64,000 nt of DNA. Origin: an uncultured Gemmatimonadales bacterium. GTDB taxonomy: Bacteria; Gemmatimonadota; Gemmatimonadetes; Longimicrobiales; RSA9. The stretch spans positions 480,001 to 544,000 of the forward strand of contig CAVUKA010000001.1 of assembly GCA_963741945.1 (NCBI GenBank), given 5' to 3'. A program made the translations under genes and the position numbers. Shown piece by piece: positions 18,801-27,785 of the stretch. Under the pieces are notes generated by a model. The model ran no database searches. It was not told the origin of the DNA and saw only the letters and a list, made by a program, of their open reading frames with translations. Positions within the stretch are counted from its first letter, which is position 1. Every line of letters starts with the position of its first letter.

Positions 18801-20884
18801 CCTCTGTCCTCCTGTTTGCGATCCCGCCCGTTGTGCTGCCGGTCGTCGCCATGGGCGCGGCGGCCGGAGCCCTGGTCATGGGCGCCGTGGGGATGCCCGT
18901 CCGAATCGTGTCCCTGACCGCCATCCGGCGACCGCCCGGAGCCAGGCGCGGACGCGACAGCCGAGGAAGGGCCGTGGACGAGCAGCGCTTCCGGGTGAAG
19001 GCCCTGGCGCTGCATTGCGCGGCCGAGGTCCGGGAGATCCCGCGTCAGGAGCTCCCCGAGCCGGCGGCCGTCCGTGTCCACCGTGGCGCGCACCGCACCA
19101 TCCCGGAGGTCGACGCGGACACGGGCCGCGTCTCCGTCCTCACCCACGCGCAGCGAGACGGTATGCACGGAGCGGAGCGCCTCCTGCTCACGGATGGCGT
19201 CGACTGCGGCCACGCGATCGGCAGGGGTGGCCCGATCCACGGCCCCCGGCTTCATCGGGCTCGCCACCGGCCGTGCGGCCGCTCCGACGTCGCCTCGCGA
19301 CGACGACGCTGGCTGCCGGACGTCCTCGCCAGCGCGGGACTCGCGTCCCGGGTCGGACTTCTCCGGCTCCGGCTCGCGGCGCCCGGCATCGCGGCGCGGC
19401 GCTCGCTGGCCACGCCCCTCCTCGACGGCTGCCGGAACGCCGGCCGCGGCGGATGCGGTCGGAACGCGCCGGGACCGCCCCGACAACGGCGCTGGCAGCA
19501 CGGCGGCCGGGTCGATGGGCGTCATGATCTTCGGCAGATCGGATCCCCGGGGCGCGGCCCTGGAGAGAAAGTCGGACGCGGACCGCGGCATGCCCCGGTC
19601 CGGTGCGAACGGCCCCGGCATGGCCCGGCGCTCCGGCGTGCCAGCCCCGGGTGCGGCCTGGCCCGCCGCAGGGTGCCCCGCCCGGTCGGACCCGCTCGTG
19701 GCGACTGCCGCAGGCATGGCCGGGGCCGCATTCGGCGCCGGTGCGACCATGGCCGGCGTCGCGCTCCCCGACCGCGCCGGAGCTACTGCTGCGGCGGCTG
19801 CTGAGAACATCGCGGGCGCTGCGGGCGCCGCGGGCGCTGCGGGCGCCGCGGGCGCCGCGGGCGCTGCGGGCGCCGCGGGCGCCGCGGGCGCTGCGGGCGC
19901 TGCGGGCGCCGCGGGCGCTGCGGGCGCTGCGGGCGCCGCCGGCGCCGCCGGCGTTGCGGCCGACGCCGGTGTCGCTGGCGCTGACGTCATTGCGGGTGCC
20001 GGGCGCGTAGCCACGGCCGCGACCGCGGCCGGTGCCGGGGGCTGCGCGGGGCCGGCGGGCATCGACGTGCCGTGGCTCTCGCTGGGGTCCGCTGCCACCC
20101 TTCCCGGTCGGCGACCTCGTTCGGGGCCAGCGGTGGACCGGGATCCGCGTTCGTGGACCACGCTCCCTCCCGACCCGGCGGTTCCAGCGTCCAGCGGGAG
20201 AGGCGAGCGGGTGCCGACGCCCGGTGGCAGCTCCACGTGTCCGGGATCCGCAGGCCCGAGCGTGATGAGCCCTTCCTCTCGCGCCACTTTCTGCAGTGTG
20301 GCGTACGCGGCGGAGTCGTCATAGCTGCCGTCCACCTGGAGGTCGACGGCGCGGCCCGCCTCGTGCGCCGAATCGCGCGTCCACGTCACAACCGGGCCGG
20401 GGCGCGTGCGACCCTGGGCGAACAGGTAGTCCTGCCGTGCCGCCGAGCGGAGTCCCTCGACCACCTTGACAGCGTGGCCGTGGCGGCGCATGCGCTGGAT
20501 CACGCGTCCGATCCGCAGCCGAAGCTCGGGATCGACGCGGGACAGGTCGGCATCCGCCGCGAGCAGCGTGGCGGCGGGGCCGGACGCCCCCCCGGCTTTC
20601 GCCGCGGCCGGGTTTCCGCCTGCCATCAAGCCCGGCCTGGAGCTCGTGGCCGGCGTTGCGCCTGCCGCCAGGGCCGCCTCGGAGCTCGCGGCCGGCGCTG
20701 CGCCTGCCGCCAGGGCCGCCTCGGAGCTCGCGGCCGGCGACACGGCCGGCGGCGCCGCCGGATCGAGGCCGGCCAGTGCCCGGGCCAACGCTTCGTCGAA
20801 TGCGCCGGCCGGTGCGCGGGACGCCCGGCCGTCCGCCGGGATGGCGGGTGCCGCGCCGAGCGCGGCCAGGATCTGCTGGATCAC
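18797..20884 (-). CDS. fliK: Hook-length control protein FliK carrying an internal M15 (L-Ala-D-Glu type) zinc peptidase domain
   Basis: Position directly upstream of flgD; Ala/Pro-rich linker; C-terminal FliK-like domain (VSLRVGEDGDAARVRVDLRDGAVRATV...LPDLGRAMQRQGL); aa 111-220 EGLRSAARQDYLFAQGRT...SAHEAGRAVD...DPGHVE. Confidence 0.8.
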   Translation of the reverse strand: MIQQILAALGAAPAIPADGRASRAPAGAFDEALARALAGLDPAAPPAVSPAASSEAALAAGAAPAASSEAALAAGATPATSSRPGLMAGGNPAAAKAGGASGPAATLLAADADLSRVDPELRLRIGRVIQRMRRHGHAVKVVEGLRSAARQDYLFAQGRTRPGPVVTWTRDSAHEAGRAVDLQVDGSYDDSAAYATLQKVAREEGLITLGPADPGHVELPPGVGTRSPLPLDAGTAGSGGSVVHERGSRSTAGPERGRRPGRVAADPSESHGTSMPAGPAQPPAPAAVAAVATRPAPAMTSAPATPASAATPAAPAAPAAPAAPAAPAAPAAPAAPAAPAAPAAPAAPAAPAAPAAPAMFSAAAAAVAPARSGSATPAMVAPAPNAAPAMPAAVATSGSDRAGHPAAGQAAPGAGTPERRAMPGPFAPDRGMPRSASDFLSRAAPRGSDLPKIMTPIDPAAVLPAPLSGRSRRVPTASAAAGVPAAVEEGRGQRAPRRDAGRREPEPEKSDPGRESRAGEDVRQPASSSRGDVGAAARPVASPMKPGAVDRATPADRVAAVDAIREQEALRSVHTVSLRVGEDGDAARVRVDLRDGAVRATVDTDGRRLGELLTRDLPDLGRAMQRQGLHPEALLVHGPSSAVASAPGSGRSPDGGQGHDSDGHPHGAHDQGSGRRAHGDDRQHNGRDRKQEDRG
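19812..19955. repeat. In-frame 9-bp tandem repeat GCGGGCGCY x14 plus 2 degenerate units, encoding (APA)n in FliK
   Basis: Counted directly in the sequence. Confidence 0.95.
20657..20739. repeat. 42-bp tandem duplication in fliK (PAASSEAALAAGA x2)
   Basis: gcgcctgccgccagggccgcctcggagctcgcggccggc at 20658 and 20700. Confidence 0.85.
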
Positions 20885-21588
20885 GGTGCGCCTGCCTGGC
20901 CGAGCACGCCGCGGCTCAGCGTCGCCGCGCGCGCAGGCTCGAGGCTGCTCAGGATAGCCGCCGCCTGGCGGGCGGCGACGTGGGCCAGGATCCGCTCGAT
21001 CTCGTCGTCCGCCATCTCCGCCAGGACCCGTGCCGCGTCACCCGGCTGCATGGCCGAGAAGATCTTCGCCAGCTGGATCGCGCCCGCCTCCGAGTGCACG
21101 TGGGCGGGAGCACTGGACGCGGCGGAGGCAAGGCCGGCAGCATCAGGCGACGCGGGCTTCACGCCGCGGGAGTCGGCGGCCGCCGGCCTGGATTCCGAAA
21201 CCCCTTCATCGCCCGCCGAATCGTGCGGCGCCGACGCCATGGGCTCCTGCGCCCCCACCTCGCCCTCCTTCGCCGCGGGCCCGCGAGCCGGGACCGTGTC
21301 GGTGCCGGCCGCAGCAGCGAGGTTCGGGTCCACCGGCGCGACGGAGGCCGCCGCCCCGGCCTCCGGGCGCACCGTGTCCGGTGGCGGCGAGTCCGCCGCC
21401 ATGGCGTCCGCCCGCCCGGAATCCGTCGCCATGGCGTCCGCCCGCCCGGAATCCGTCGCCACGACGTCCGCCGGCACGGAATCCGTCGCCAGGACGGCGT
21501 CGGCAGGCGGCCGGGTGGTCACGGTCCACGCGGTCCCCCCAGCGAGGCCGAGGAGCAGACCGACGATCGGGAGGATCAGGCGCTTCAC
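20881..21588 (-). CDS. MotE/YlxF/FlbB-like protein (MgtE N-terminal-like domain)
   Basis: N-terminal TM; about four 10-aa ADA(M/V)xATDS repeats; C-terminal LAKIFSAMQPGDAARVLAEMADDEIERILAHVAARQAAAILSSLEPARAA; between fliJ and fliK. Confidence 0.75.
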   Translation of the reverse strand: MKRLILPIVGLLLGLAGGTAWTVTTRPPADAVLATDSVPADVVATDSGRADAMATDSGRADAMAADSPPPDTVRPEAGAAASVAPVDPNLAAAAGTDTVPARGPAAKEGEVGAQEPMASAPHDSAGDEGVSESRPAAADSRGVKPASPDAAGLASAASSAPAHVHSEAGAIQLAKIFSAMQPGDAARVLAEMADDEIERILAHVAARQAAAILSSLEPARAATLSRGVLGQAGAP

Positions 21589-22052
21589 GACGCCTCCCGC
21601 GCGCGGTCGGACGGCCGCCGCTGGAAGCGGGACATGGCCAGCTCATCCATCTGCTTCCGCTCCTCGGAGAGAACGTCCTGCCGCCAGGAGACGAGCTTCC
21701 GGTCCCGCAGCTGATCGAGGACGCGGCGCTGGATCATGGCCGTCGTCAGCTCCGCACGGCACTGCTCCACGCTCTGGGCGGCATCGTGCATGGCGCGCGT
21801 GGCCAGATCGACCTGCTGCGCGATGTGCTGGATCACCGCCTGGAGATTCCGCAGCTGGCCCACGGCGCGGCCTTCACTGTGGGCACGCATCAGCTTTGCC
21901 GCCTCCTCATCGTGGATCTGACTGAGCTCGGCCAGCTGGCGCCGCGCGGCCGCCGCCCGCGCTTCCGCGTCAGCGAGCACGCGGGCGTGGTCCTGCTCTT
22001 CCTGCTCCCGCAGCTCGAGCACTTTCTGCAGTCCGAAGCGAAACGCGTTCAT
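21585..22052 (-). CDS. fliJ: Flagellar export protein FliJ
   Basis: FRFGLQKVLELREQEE...EERKQMDELA; after fliI. Confidence 0.92.
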   Translation of the reverse strand: MNAFRFGLQKVLELREQEEQDHARVLADAEARAAAARRQLAELSQIHDEEAAKLMRAHSEGRAVGQLRNLQAVIQHIAQQVDLATRAMHDAAQSVEQCRAELTTAMIQRRVLDQLRDRKLVSWRQDVLSEERKQMDELAMSRFQRRPSDRAREAS

Positions 22053-23368
22053 CCGGTGGGCTCCTTCATACCGGCCAGCTCGAGGAGCCGGTGCCGTGTG
22101 TCTGAGAGCGAAGTGGCGTCCGTGGCTCGCTGGCGCAGGAATCCGTTCAGCGGGTCACGAATGGCAATGGCGGCATCGAGCGCGGGGTCGGAGCCGGGCT
22201 GGTACGCGCCGACTGCGATCAGGTCCTCGCGCTCGTGGTAGTCGGCCATCCGCCGGAGCAGCCGGTCGGCCGCTTCCCGGTGCTCCGCGTCCACCACGGC
22301 ATCCCGGACGCGGCTGACGCTGTCGAGGAGGTCGATGGCGGGAAAGTGACCGGCGGAGGCCAGGGCCCGGGTGAGGACGATGTGGCCATCCAGGATCGAG
22401 CGCGCTGCGTCCGCCACGGGTTCGTTGAAGTCGTCGCCCTCCACGAGCACGGTATAGATGCCCGTGATCCCGCCCTTCGGTCCGTTCCCCGCGCGCTCGA
22501 GGAGCCGCGGGAGGGCGGCGAAAACGGAAGGCGGGTATCCCTTGGTGGTGGGCGGTTCGCCGACGGCCAGGCCGATCTCGCGCCACGCCATGGCCACGCG
22601 CGTGATGGAGTCGAGCATGAGAAGCACGCGCTTGCCCTGGTCGCGGAAATACTCGGCAATGGACGTGGCGACGAGGGCGCCCCGTGCGCGCACCAGAGCA
22701 GCCTCGTCGCCCGTGGCCACCACCACCACGGAGCGGGCCAGCCCCTCGGGCCCCAGCGAGTTGGTGATGAAGTCCTGCACCTCGCGGCCGCGCTCGCCGA
22801 GGAGCGCGATGACGTTGACATCGGCCGAAGCATACCGGGCGATCATGCCCAGGAGCGTACTCTTTCCCACGCCGCTCCCGGCGAAGATCCCCACGCGCTG
22901 CCCCTGGGCGAGGGTGACCATGCCGTCGATGGCGCGGACACCGGTGGGGAGTGGCTCGGTGATGGTCTGCCGGTCGAGCGGACTGGGCGGCGAAGCGACG
23001 AGAGGCACGCGGGTGGTAGCACCGAGCGGGCCCTTCCCGTCGATGGGCTGGCCCGTGCCGTTGAGGATCCGGCCGAGGAGGCCGGGTCCGACATCGGCGC
23101 CGAAGGAGCGGCCGAGGGGCTGGACGGCGCTGCCCGGGTGTACGCCGCCCATCTCGCCGAGGGGGAGCAGGAGGACGCCGCGCTCGTGGAAGCCGGCCAC
23201 TTCGGCCAGGAGCGAGTGGTCGCCCGTGAGCGCCTGGACGCGGCAGAGCTCGCCGAGGCCGCAGTCGAGCCCCGACGCCTCGATGACGAGGCCGACCACG
23301 CGGTTCACGCGGCCGTAGCGCGCCAGCCGGGGCGTGCCCTCCACTCTCCGGATCAGCGCGTCAACCAT
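22049..23368 (-). CDS. fliI: Flagellar export ATPase FliI
   Basis: GIFAGSGVGKSTLLG, LLGERGREV, EPPTTKGYPPSVF, ARSILDGHIVL. Confidence 0.97.
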   Translation of the reverse strand: MVDALIRRVEGTPRLARYGRVNRVVGLVIEASGLDCGLGELCRVQALTGDHSLLAEVAGFHERGVLLLPLGEMGGVHPGSAVQPLGRSFGADVGPGLLGRILNGTGQPIDGKGPLGATTRVPLVASPPSPLDRQTITEPLPTGVRAIDGMVTLAQGQRVGIFAGSGVGKSTLLGMIARYASADVNVIALLGERGREVQDFITNSLGPEGLARSVVVVATGDEAALVRARGALVATSIAEYFRDQGKRVLLMLDSITRVAMAWREIGLAVGEPPTTKGYPPSVFAALPRLLERAGNGPKGGITGIYTVLVEGDDFNEPVADAARSILDGHIVLTRALASAGHFPAIDLLDSVSRVRDAVVDAEHREAADRLLRRMADYHEREDLIAVGAYQPGSDPALDAAIAIRDPLNGFLRQRATDATSLSDTRHRLLELAGMKEPTG

Positions 23369-24062
23369 GGATCAGCCGGTCGTAGATCCGTTCCAACGCC
23401 TTGTCGACGCGGCCGTCCACGAGGGAGTTCGGGCCCTCGACGAAACAGCCGCCCGGCGCGATGGCGGGGTCCGGGATCCAGCGCACGTCGTACCCGGCGG
23501 GCAATCCCTCACCGCCACGCGGCGACGAGATGGCGGACAGGTCCACGGGGTTCAGCCGCACGCGGAGGGCGGAGCGCAGCGGGAACTCCTCCATGGCCTG
23601 GTGAACCAGGGCACGGATGTCGTCGGCCGAGCCCCTCAGTTCGCGGCCGGCTACTTCCCGGGCGATGGCGATGGCGAGGGCGACGAGGTTCTCGTCCAGC
23701 TTCCGCAGCCAGCCGGGCTGTCGCTCCTCGAACTCCGCCGCAGCCGCGGCCACCGCCCGGATCGCCGAATCCAGCCGGCCCCCTTCCGCCGCCTCGCCCT
23801 GTGCACGGCCCGCGTCGAAGCCGCGGGCATATGCGTCATCCAGCTCGCGCGCACGCTCCTCCGAGCGCAGCCTCTCGCGCGCCTCGGCCGCCAGCCGCGG
23901 GTCGGGCTCGGAAGCCACGTCCGGGTCCAGGACCGAGGTGCCCGCGTCCCCGCTCGCGGCGGGATCCTGACGCGCGAGCAGGTCCGGCTCCCATTCTGCC
24001 ACGCCGCCGCGGCCGACGTCTCTCAGTGCGCCCCGGGCGCGGCGCCTATTGGACGAGGACAT
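23361..24062 (-). CDS. fliH: Flagellar assembly protein FliH
   Basis: AYARGFDAGRAQG (GxxxG repeats); VRLNPVDL; DPAIAPGGCFVE; between fliG and fliI; start uncertain. Confidence 0.9.
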   Translation of the reverse strand: MSSSNRRRARGALRDVGRGGVAEWEPDLLARQDPAASGDAGTSVLDPDVASEPDPRLAAEARERLRSEERARELDDAYARGFDAGRAQGEAAEGGRLDSAIRAVAAAAAEFEERQPGWLRKLDENLVALAIAIAREVAGRELRGSADDIRALVHQAMEEFPLRSALRVRLNPVDLSAISSPRGGEGLPAGYDVRWIPDPAIAPGGCFVEGPNSLVDGRVDKALERIYDRLIHG

Positions 24063-25083
24063 CCTCTTCCCCTCCGGCGATGACGATCTCGCCGGCCTCC
24101 TCGAGGGCACGGGCGATCTTGACGATCTCGCCCTGGGCGGTCTCCACGTCGCTCAGGCGCACAGGCCCGAGGAACTCCATTTCCTCCCTGACCGCAGCCA
24201 CGGCGCGCTGGGACATGGTCTCGGTGATCTTGGTGCGCAGCTCGTCGGTGGCCGCCTTGAGGGCCATGGCGAGCGTCTTGGAATCGATGTCCCGGAGCAG
24301 CCGCTGGATGGCCTTGGGATCCAGCTTGACCATGTCCTCGAAGACGAACATCAGGTTCTTGATCTCGTCTCCCAGCTCGCTGTCGCGCTCGCTCAGGCGC
24401 TGCATCAGCTCCTTCTCGAACGTGCCCGCGAGCAGGTTCATCACCTGCGCCACCGCCTGCGGGCCGCCCGCCGCCCGCAGGTCCTGGGACAGCGAGAGCT
24501 CGGACGTTCCGCCCACGGAGGTCTTGATCACTTCCAGGACTTCCGGCAGCACCTTCTCCATCTTCGCCATGCGATAGACCACGTCCGCGCCCGTGGCCGG
24601 GTCCAGATCGCGCAGGACGTCCGCGGTCTGATGGGTGTCCAGGTGGGCGAGGACCAGGGCGATGGTCTGGGGGTGCTCGCTGCGCAGCACGCTGGCGAGC
24701 TGCTGCGGGTCCACCTTTCGCAGGTCGTACAGACCGCTCTGGTCCTTGAGCTGGGTCTCGATCCGCTGGAGCACGGTGTGGGCGCGGTCGGGGCCGAGCG
24801 CGGTCTCGAGGATCTCCCTGGCCACGGCCACACCGCCCGTGGCCAGCGATGCGGCCGCCCGCTCGGTCTCGTACCACTCCTCCAGGATCGCTTCGGCCAG
24901 CTCCGGGTGGACGCTGTCCATGCGGGCGATCTCGAGCGACACCGCCTCCAGGTCCTCCGGCGACATGGAGCGCGTGAGGCTCGCGGCCGCCTGGGGGCCG
25001 AGGGCCATGATCAGCACGGCCACCTTCTCACGGCCGGACAGCTGATCCAGCTGCAGGTTCTGGGAACGGGTGGTCAGCGCCAT
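24046..25083 (-). CDS. fliG: Flagellar rotor protein FliG
   Basis: EHPQTIALVLAHL, MFVFED, MSQRA, LGPVRLSDVETAQ. Confidence 0.97.
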   Translation of the reverse strand: MALTTRSQNLQLDQLSGREKVAVLIMALGPQAAASLTRSMSPEDLEAVSLEIARMDSVHPELAEAILEEWYETERAAASLATGGVAVAREILETALGPDRAHTVLQRIETQLKDQSGLYDLRKVDPQQLASVLRSEHPQTIALVLAHLDTHQTADVLRDLDPATGADVVYRMAKMEKVLPEVLEVIKTSVGGTSELSLSQDLRAAGGPQAVAQVMNLLAGTFEKELMQRLSERDSELGDEIKNLMFVFEDMVKLDPKAIQRLLRDIDSKTLAMALKAATDELRTKITETMSQRAVAAVREEMEFLGPVRLSDVETAQGEIVKIARALEEAGEIVIAGGEEDVLVQ

Positions 25084-25087
25084 GCCG

Positions 25088-26617
25088 TCATCCCTTCAGC
25101 CACGCTTCGACCACCCGCGCGGCCATGTCCGGCCGCTCCATGACCCCGCTCGTCACTTCCTGCATCCGCTGCGCCTGCGCCGGGCTGAGCTGCTTCCGCA
25201 GCTGAGCGCCCTTCTCCGCCACCGTGGCGCCACCCTGCTTCGCCGCCAGTTCGGGCGATGCTCCGGACGGGAGGCTGCTGGCGGGCGGGGCGCCGGCCAG
25301 CTGCTGCTGCATCCGTCCCTGCGGCGCCACGGCCCGGATCGCCCGCAGTCCGAGGAACAGAACGGCCGCGAGCGCCAGCACCGTGAGCAGAGGCCGCTGG
25401 AGCATCTGCACCAGGTCCCAGACGCCGGGACCGGTCCGCGCGGGGGGAAGCATCGGCGGATCATCGTCGAACGGGATCCCCACGACCGTGATGACATCGC
25501 CACGGGAGCGGTCCAGCCCCACGGCCGCCGCGACCAGGGACTCGAGACGCGCGAGCTCGGGCTCGCCGGGAGATGAAGCGGCGCCGTCGCCGGCAGTGCT
25601 GGTGCCATTGACGAGCACCGCCACCGAAAGGCGCTTGATCTCTCCCCCGGTCGACGTGTGCCGCTCCACGCTCCGGGTGGCGTCGTAGTCCGTCTTGTAC
25701 GCCACGGATCCCGCCCCTACGTCCGTGGGACCGGGCGTGATCTCCGTGCGCTCCTCACGGGTGACGAGCGACTGGTCCGGGTTGACGGCCTGGATGGTGC
25801 GATCGACGCGATCCAGGTTCAGGTCGGCCGTGACCTGCACCCGCACGTTCCCGCTCCCCACCACGTCGGTCACGAGCGCTTCCGCCTTCTCCTCCAGGTA
25901 CGCCTCCATCCGACTCCGGAGCTCCAGCTGACGGGAGGAGAGCGCGAACTCGGGGTCGTTCTCCACGGATCGGGAGAGGAGCCGGCCGCCCTGGTCCAGC
26001 ACCGTGACGTGTTCGCTCGTCAGCTCGTCCACACTCCCGGCCACCAGGAACGTGATCCCCTCGACGAGCGCCGCCGTGGGGCGGGCCACGGAGCGCATGC
26101 GCACGACCACGGAGGCCTCCGTCGGCCGGTCGGAGCGACGCAGAACCGAGCCCTGGTGGAGCGCGAGGTGCACGCGCGCACCCTCGACGCCATCCATCTC
26201 CCCGATGGTGCGCTCGAGCTCGCCTTCCAGCGCCCGCCGGTAGTTGATCTGCTGCGTGAAGTCGGTCATGCCCCAGGCGGGCTGGTCGAACAGCTCGAAG
26301 CCGTGCCCGGCATCACCCGGGAGCCCCCGCGAGGCCAGCTCCACACGGGCCCGCGCCAGGTCCTGCTCCGCCACTTCCACACGGGAGCCGCCGGCCGTCA
26401 GCCGGTACGTGATCTTGGCTTCATCCAGCGCGTGCGTGAGCGGACCCATCTGCTCGAGCGGGACGTTCCCCAGGACGGGAGCCCAGGCGGGGCCGCCCCC
26501 CCACCGGGCGACGAGGAGGAGGACCACGACCGCGAGGATGCCGACGGCGGCCACCAGCCCCCGTCGCCCGAACACCGCCGTGAGGCGATCCAGCACGCTC
26601 TGCAGCACGTCGGGCAC
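25088..26617 (-). CDS. fliF: Flagellar M-ring protein FliF
   Basis: GFELFDQPAWGMTDFTQQINYRRALEGELERTI, ARVHLA, IKRLSVAVLVNG; two TMs. Confidence 0.96.
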   Translation of the reverse strand: MPDVLQSVLDRLTAVFGRRGLVAAVGILAVVVLLLVARWGGGPAWAPVLGNVPLEQMGPLTHALDEAKITYRLTAGGSRVEVAEQDLARARVELASRGLPGDAGHGFELFDQPAWGMTDFTQQINYRRALEGELERTIGEMDGVEGARVHLALHQGSVLRRSDRPTEASVVVRMRSVARPTAALVEGITFLVAGSVDELTSEHVTVLDQGGRLLSRSVENDPEFALSSRQLELRSRMEAYLEEKAEALVTDVVGSGNVRVQVTADLNLDRVDRTIQAVNPDQSLVTREERTEITPGPTDVGAGSVAYKTDYDATRSVERHTSTGGEIKRLSVAVLVNGTSTAGDGAASSPGEPELARLESLVAAAVGLDRSRGDVITVVGIPFDDDPPMLPPARTGPGVWDLVQMLQRPLLTVLALAAVLFLGLRAIRAVAPQGRMQQQLAGAPPASSLPSGASPELAAKQGGATVAEKGAQLRKQLSPAQAQRMQEVTSGVMERPDMAARVVEAWLKG

Positions 26618-26623
26618 GGTTCG

Positions 26624-26923
26624 CTACCCCTGCATGTTGATCACCGACCGGTAGGCGTCGGTGAGCTTGTTGCGGATCTCGATGAGCATGTCCAGCGCTA
26701 TGCCCGCTTCCTCCGTGGCCGCCATGACGTCGTGCAGCTCCACCGGCTCGCCGCGGAGGAACGAGCCAATGGCGTCACGCGCGTTGTCCTGGAGCTGCGA
26801 CACTTCTCCGAGCGCGTTCTTCAGCACGTCACCGAACGACTCGTTCCCGCCGCCGACCCGGACCGGGCGCGCGCCCGTGTCGAGCTTCTGGATGGCGGCG
26901 CTGCCAATTCCCTGGATGGCCAT
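26624..26923 (-). CDS. fliE: Flagellar hook-basal body protein FliE
   Basis: SFGDVLKNAL...LHDVMAATEEAGIAL...IRNKLTDAYRSVINMQ. Confidence 0.95.
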   Translation of the reverse strand: MAIQGIGSAAIQKLDTGARPVRVGGGNESFGDVLKNALGEVSQLQDNARDAIGSFLRGEPVELHDVMAATEEAGIALDMLIEIRNKLTDAYRSVINMQG

Positions 26924-26926
26924 GGC

Positions 26927-27268
26927 TCAGATCTTCAGGTCCAGGCGTCGGCCCTGGACCGCCGGCCGCGAGGGGCGGCTCGCCCCTGGGCCGTAGGTGA
27001 CGCCGCCCATGTCGGCGAAGCGGCCGAAATGGGCCCGCTCTTCCGTGGTCAGCAGGCTCCAGAGCTCCGGGTCCACCCCGTCCGGGGGCGAGGCCAGACT
27101 CGCTGGAGAAAGCGCAGCATCGGCCGCGGGCGGCGAGGGTCGGGGCGTCGCTCCGCCCGTGCGGACATCACCGGCACCGCCCGTCTGCCGCGGCGTGTCC
27201 CTCGCCGGTCCGACCGGGCCCCTCAGCCAGGGCGGAAGTCCCGCCGGTCCCACTCCCTGTGTGCTCAT
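26927..27268 (-). CDS. Hypothetical flagellar-operon protein between flgC and fliE
   Basis: GGAGG RBS; tight packing in operon; conserved-looking PDGVDPELWSLLTTEERAHF...VTYG and C-terminal GRRLDLKI. Confidence 0.7.
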   Translation of the reverse strand: MSTQGVGPAGLPPWLRGPVGPARDTPRQTGGAGDVRTGGATPRPSPPAADAALSPASLASPPDGVDPELWSLLTTEERAHFGRFADMGGVTYGPGASRPSRPAVQGRRLDLKI

Positions 27269-27278
27269 GCGCTTCCTC

Positions 27279-27785
27279 CTAGATTTCCGTGGCCCGGCGC
27301 AGCATGCTCTTCACCGCGTCGAAGACCGTGGCATTGGCCTCGTACAGCCGGCGCGCCTCCATCATCGTGACCAGCTCGTCGGTGATGCGGACGTTCGGGT
27401 AGTGCACGTAGCCGTTGGCGTCGGCATCCGGGTGCGACGGGTCGTAGACCATGGGACCCTCGGACGCGTCCTCTGCGATGCCGGTGACCACGACCCCCGT
27501 CTCGGGCGACTGCCCCGTCGGGAGCTCCCCGGGCACCGGGCCGGACGGGAGCTCGCCGGCGACGATGGCACGTGCGGGTACGGACGGGGCGGGCTCGCCT
27601 GGCGCCAGGTCCACGGATCGGCGGCGGTACGGTCCGCCCGCGGATGTGCGCGTGGTCTCGGCATTCGCGATGTTCTCCGCCACCACTTCAATGCGGCGCC
27701 GCTGCGCGCTCAGGCCGCTGGCCGCGATGTCCAGTCCGCGGAACAGCCGACGCGCCCCACCGCCCAACCCGCCCGCGAACGGCAT
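27279..27785 (-). CDS. flgC: Flagellar rod protein FlgC
   Basis: IAASGLSAQRRRIEVVAENIANAETTR...GPYRR...YDPSHPDADANGYVHYPNV. Confidence 0.96.
   Translation of the reverse strand: MPFAGGLGGGARRLFRGLDIAASGLSAQRRRIEVVAENIANAETTRTSAGGPYRRRSVDLAPGEPAPSVPARAIVAGELPSGPVPGELPTGQSPETGVVVTGIAEDASEGPMVYDPSHPDADANGYVHYPNVRITDELVTMMEARRLYEANATVFDAVKSMLRRATEI

Noticed and set aside
19812-19955. Tandem repeat as a possible CRISPR array
   Set aside because: 9-bp units with no spacers, in frame inside a CDS, and no cas genes
20225-20554. M15 domain as a prophage endolysin remnant
   Set aside because: In frame within the fliK-position ORF with overlapping neighbours and no phage genes nearby; an ancient phage origin cannot be excluded
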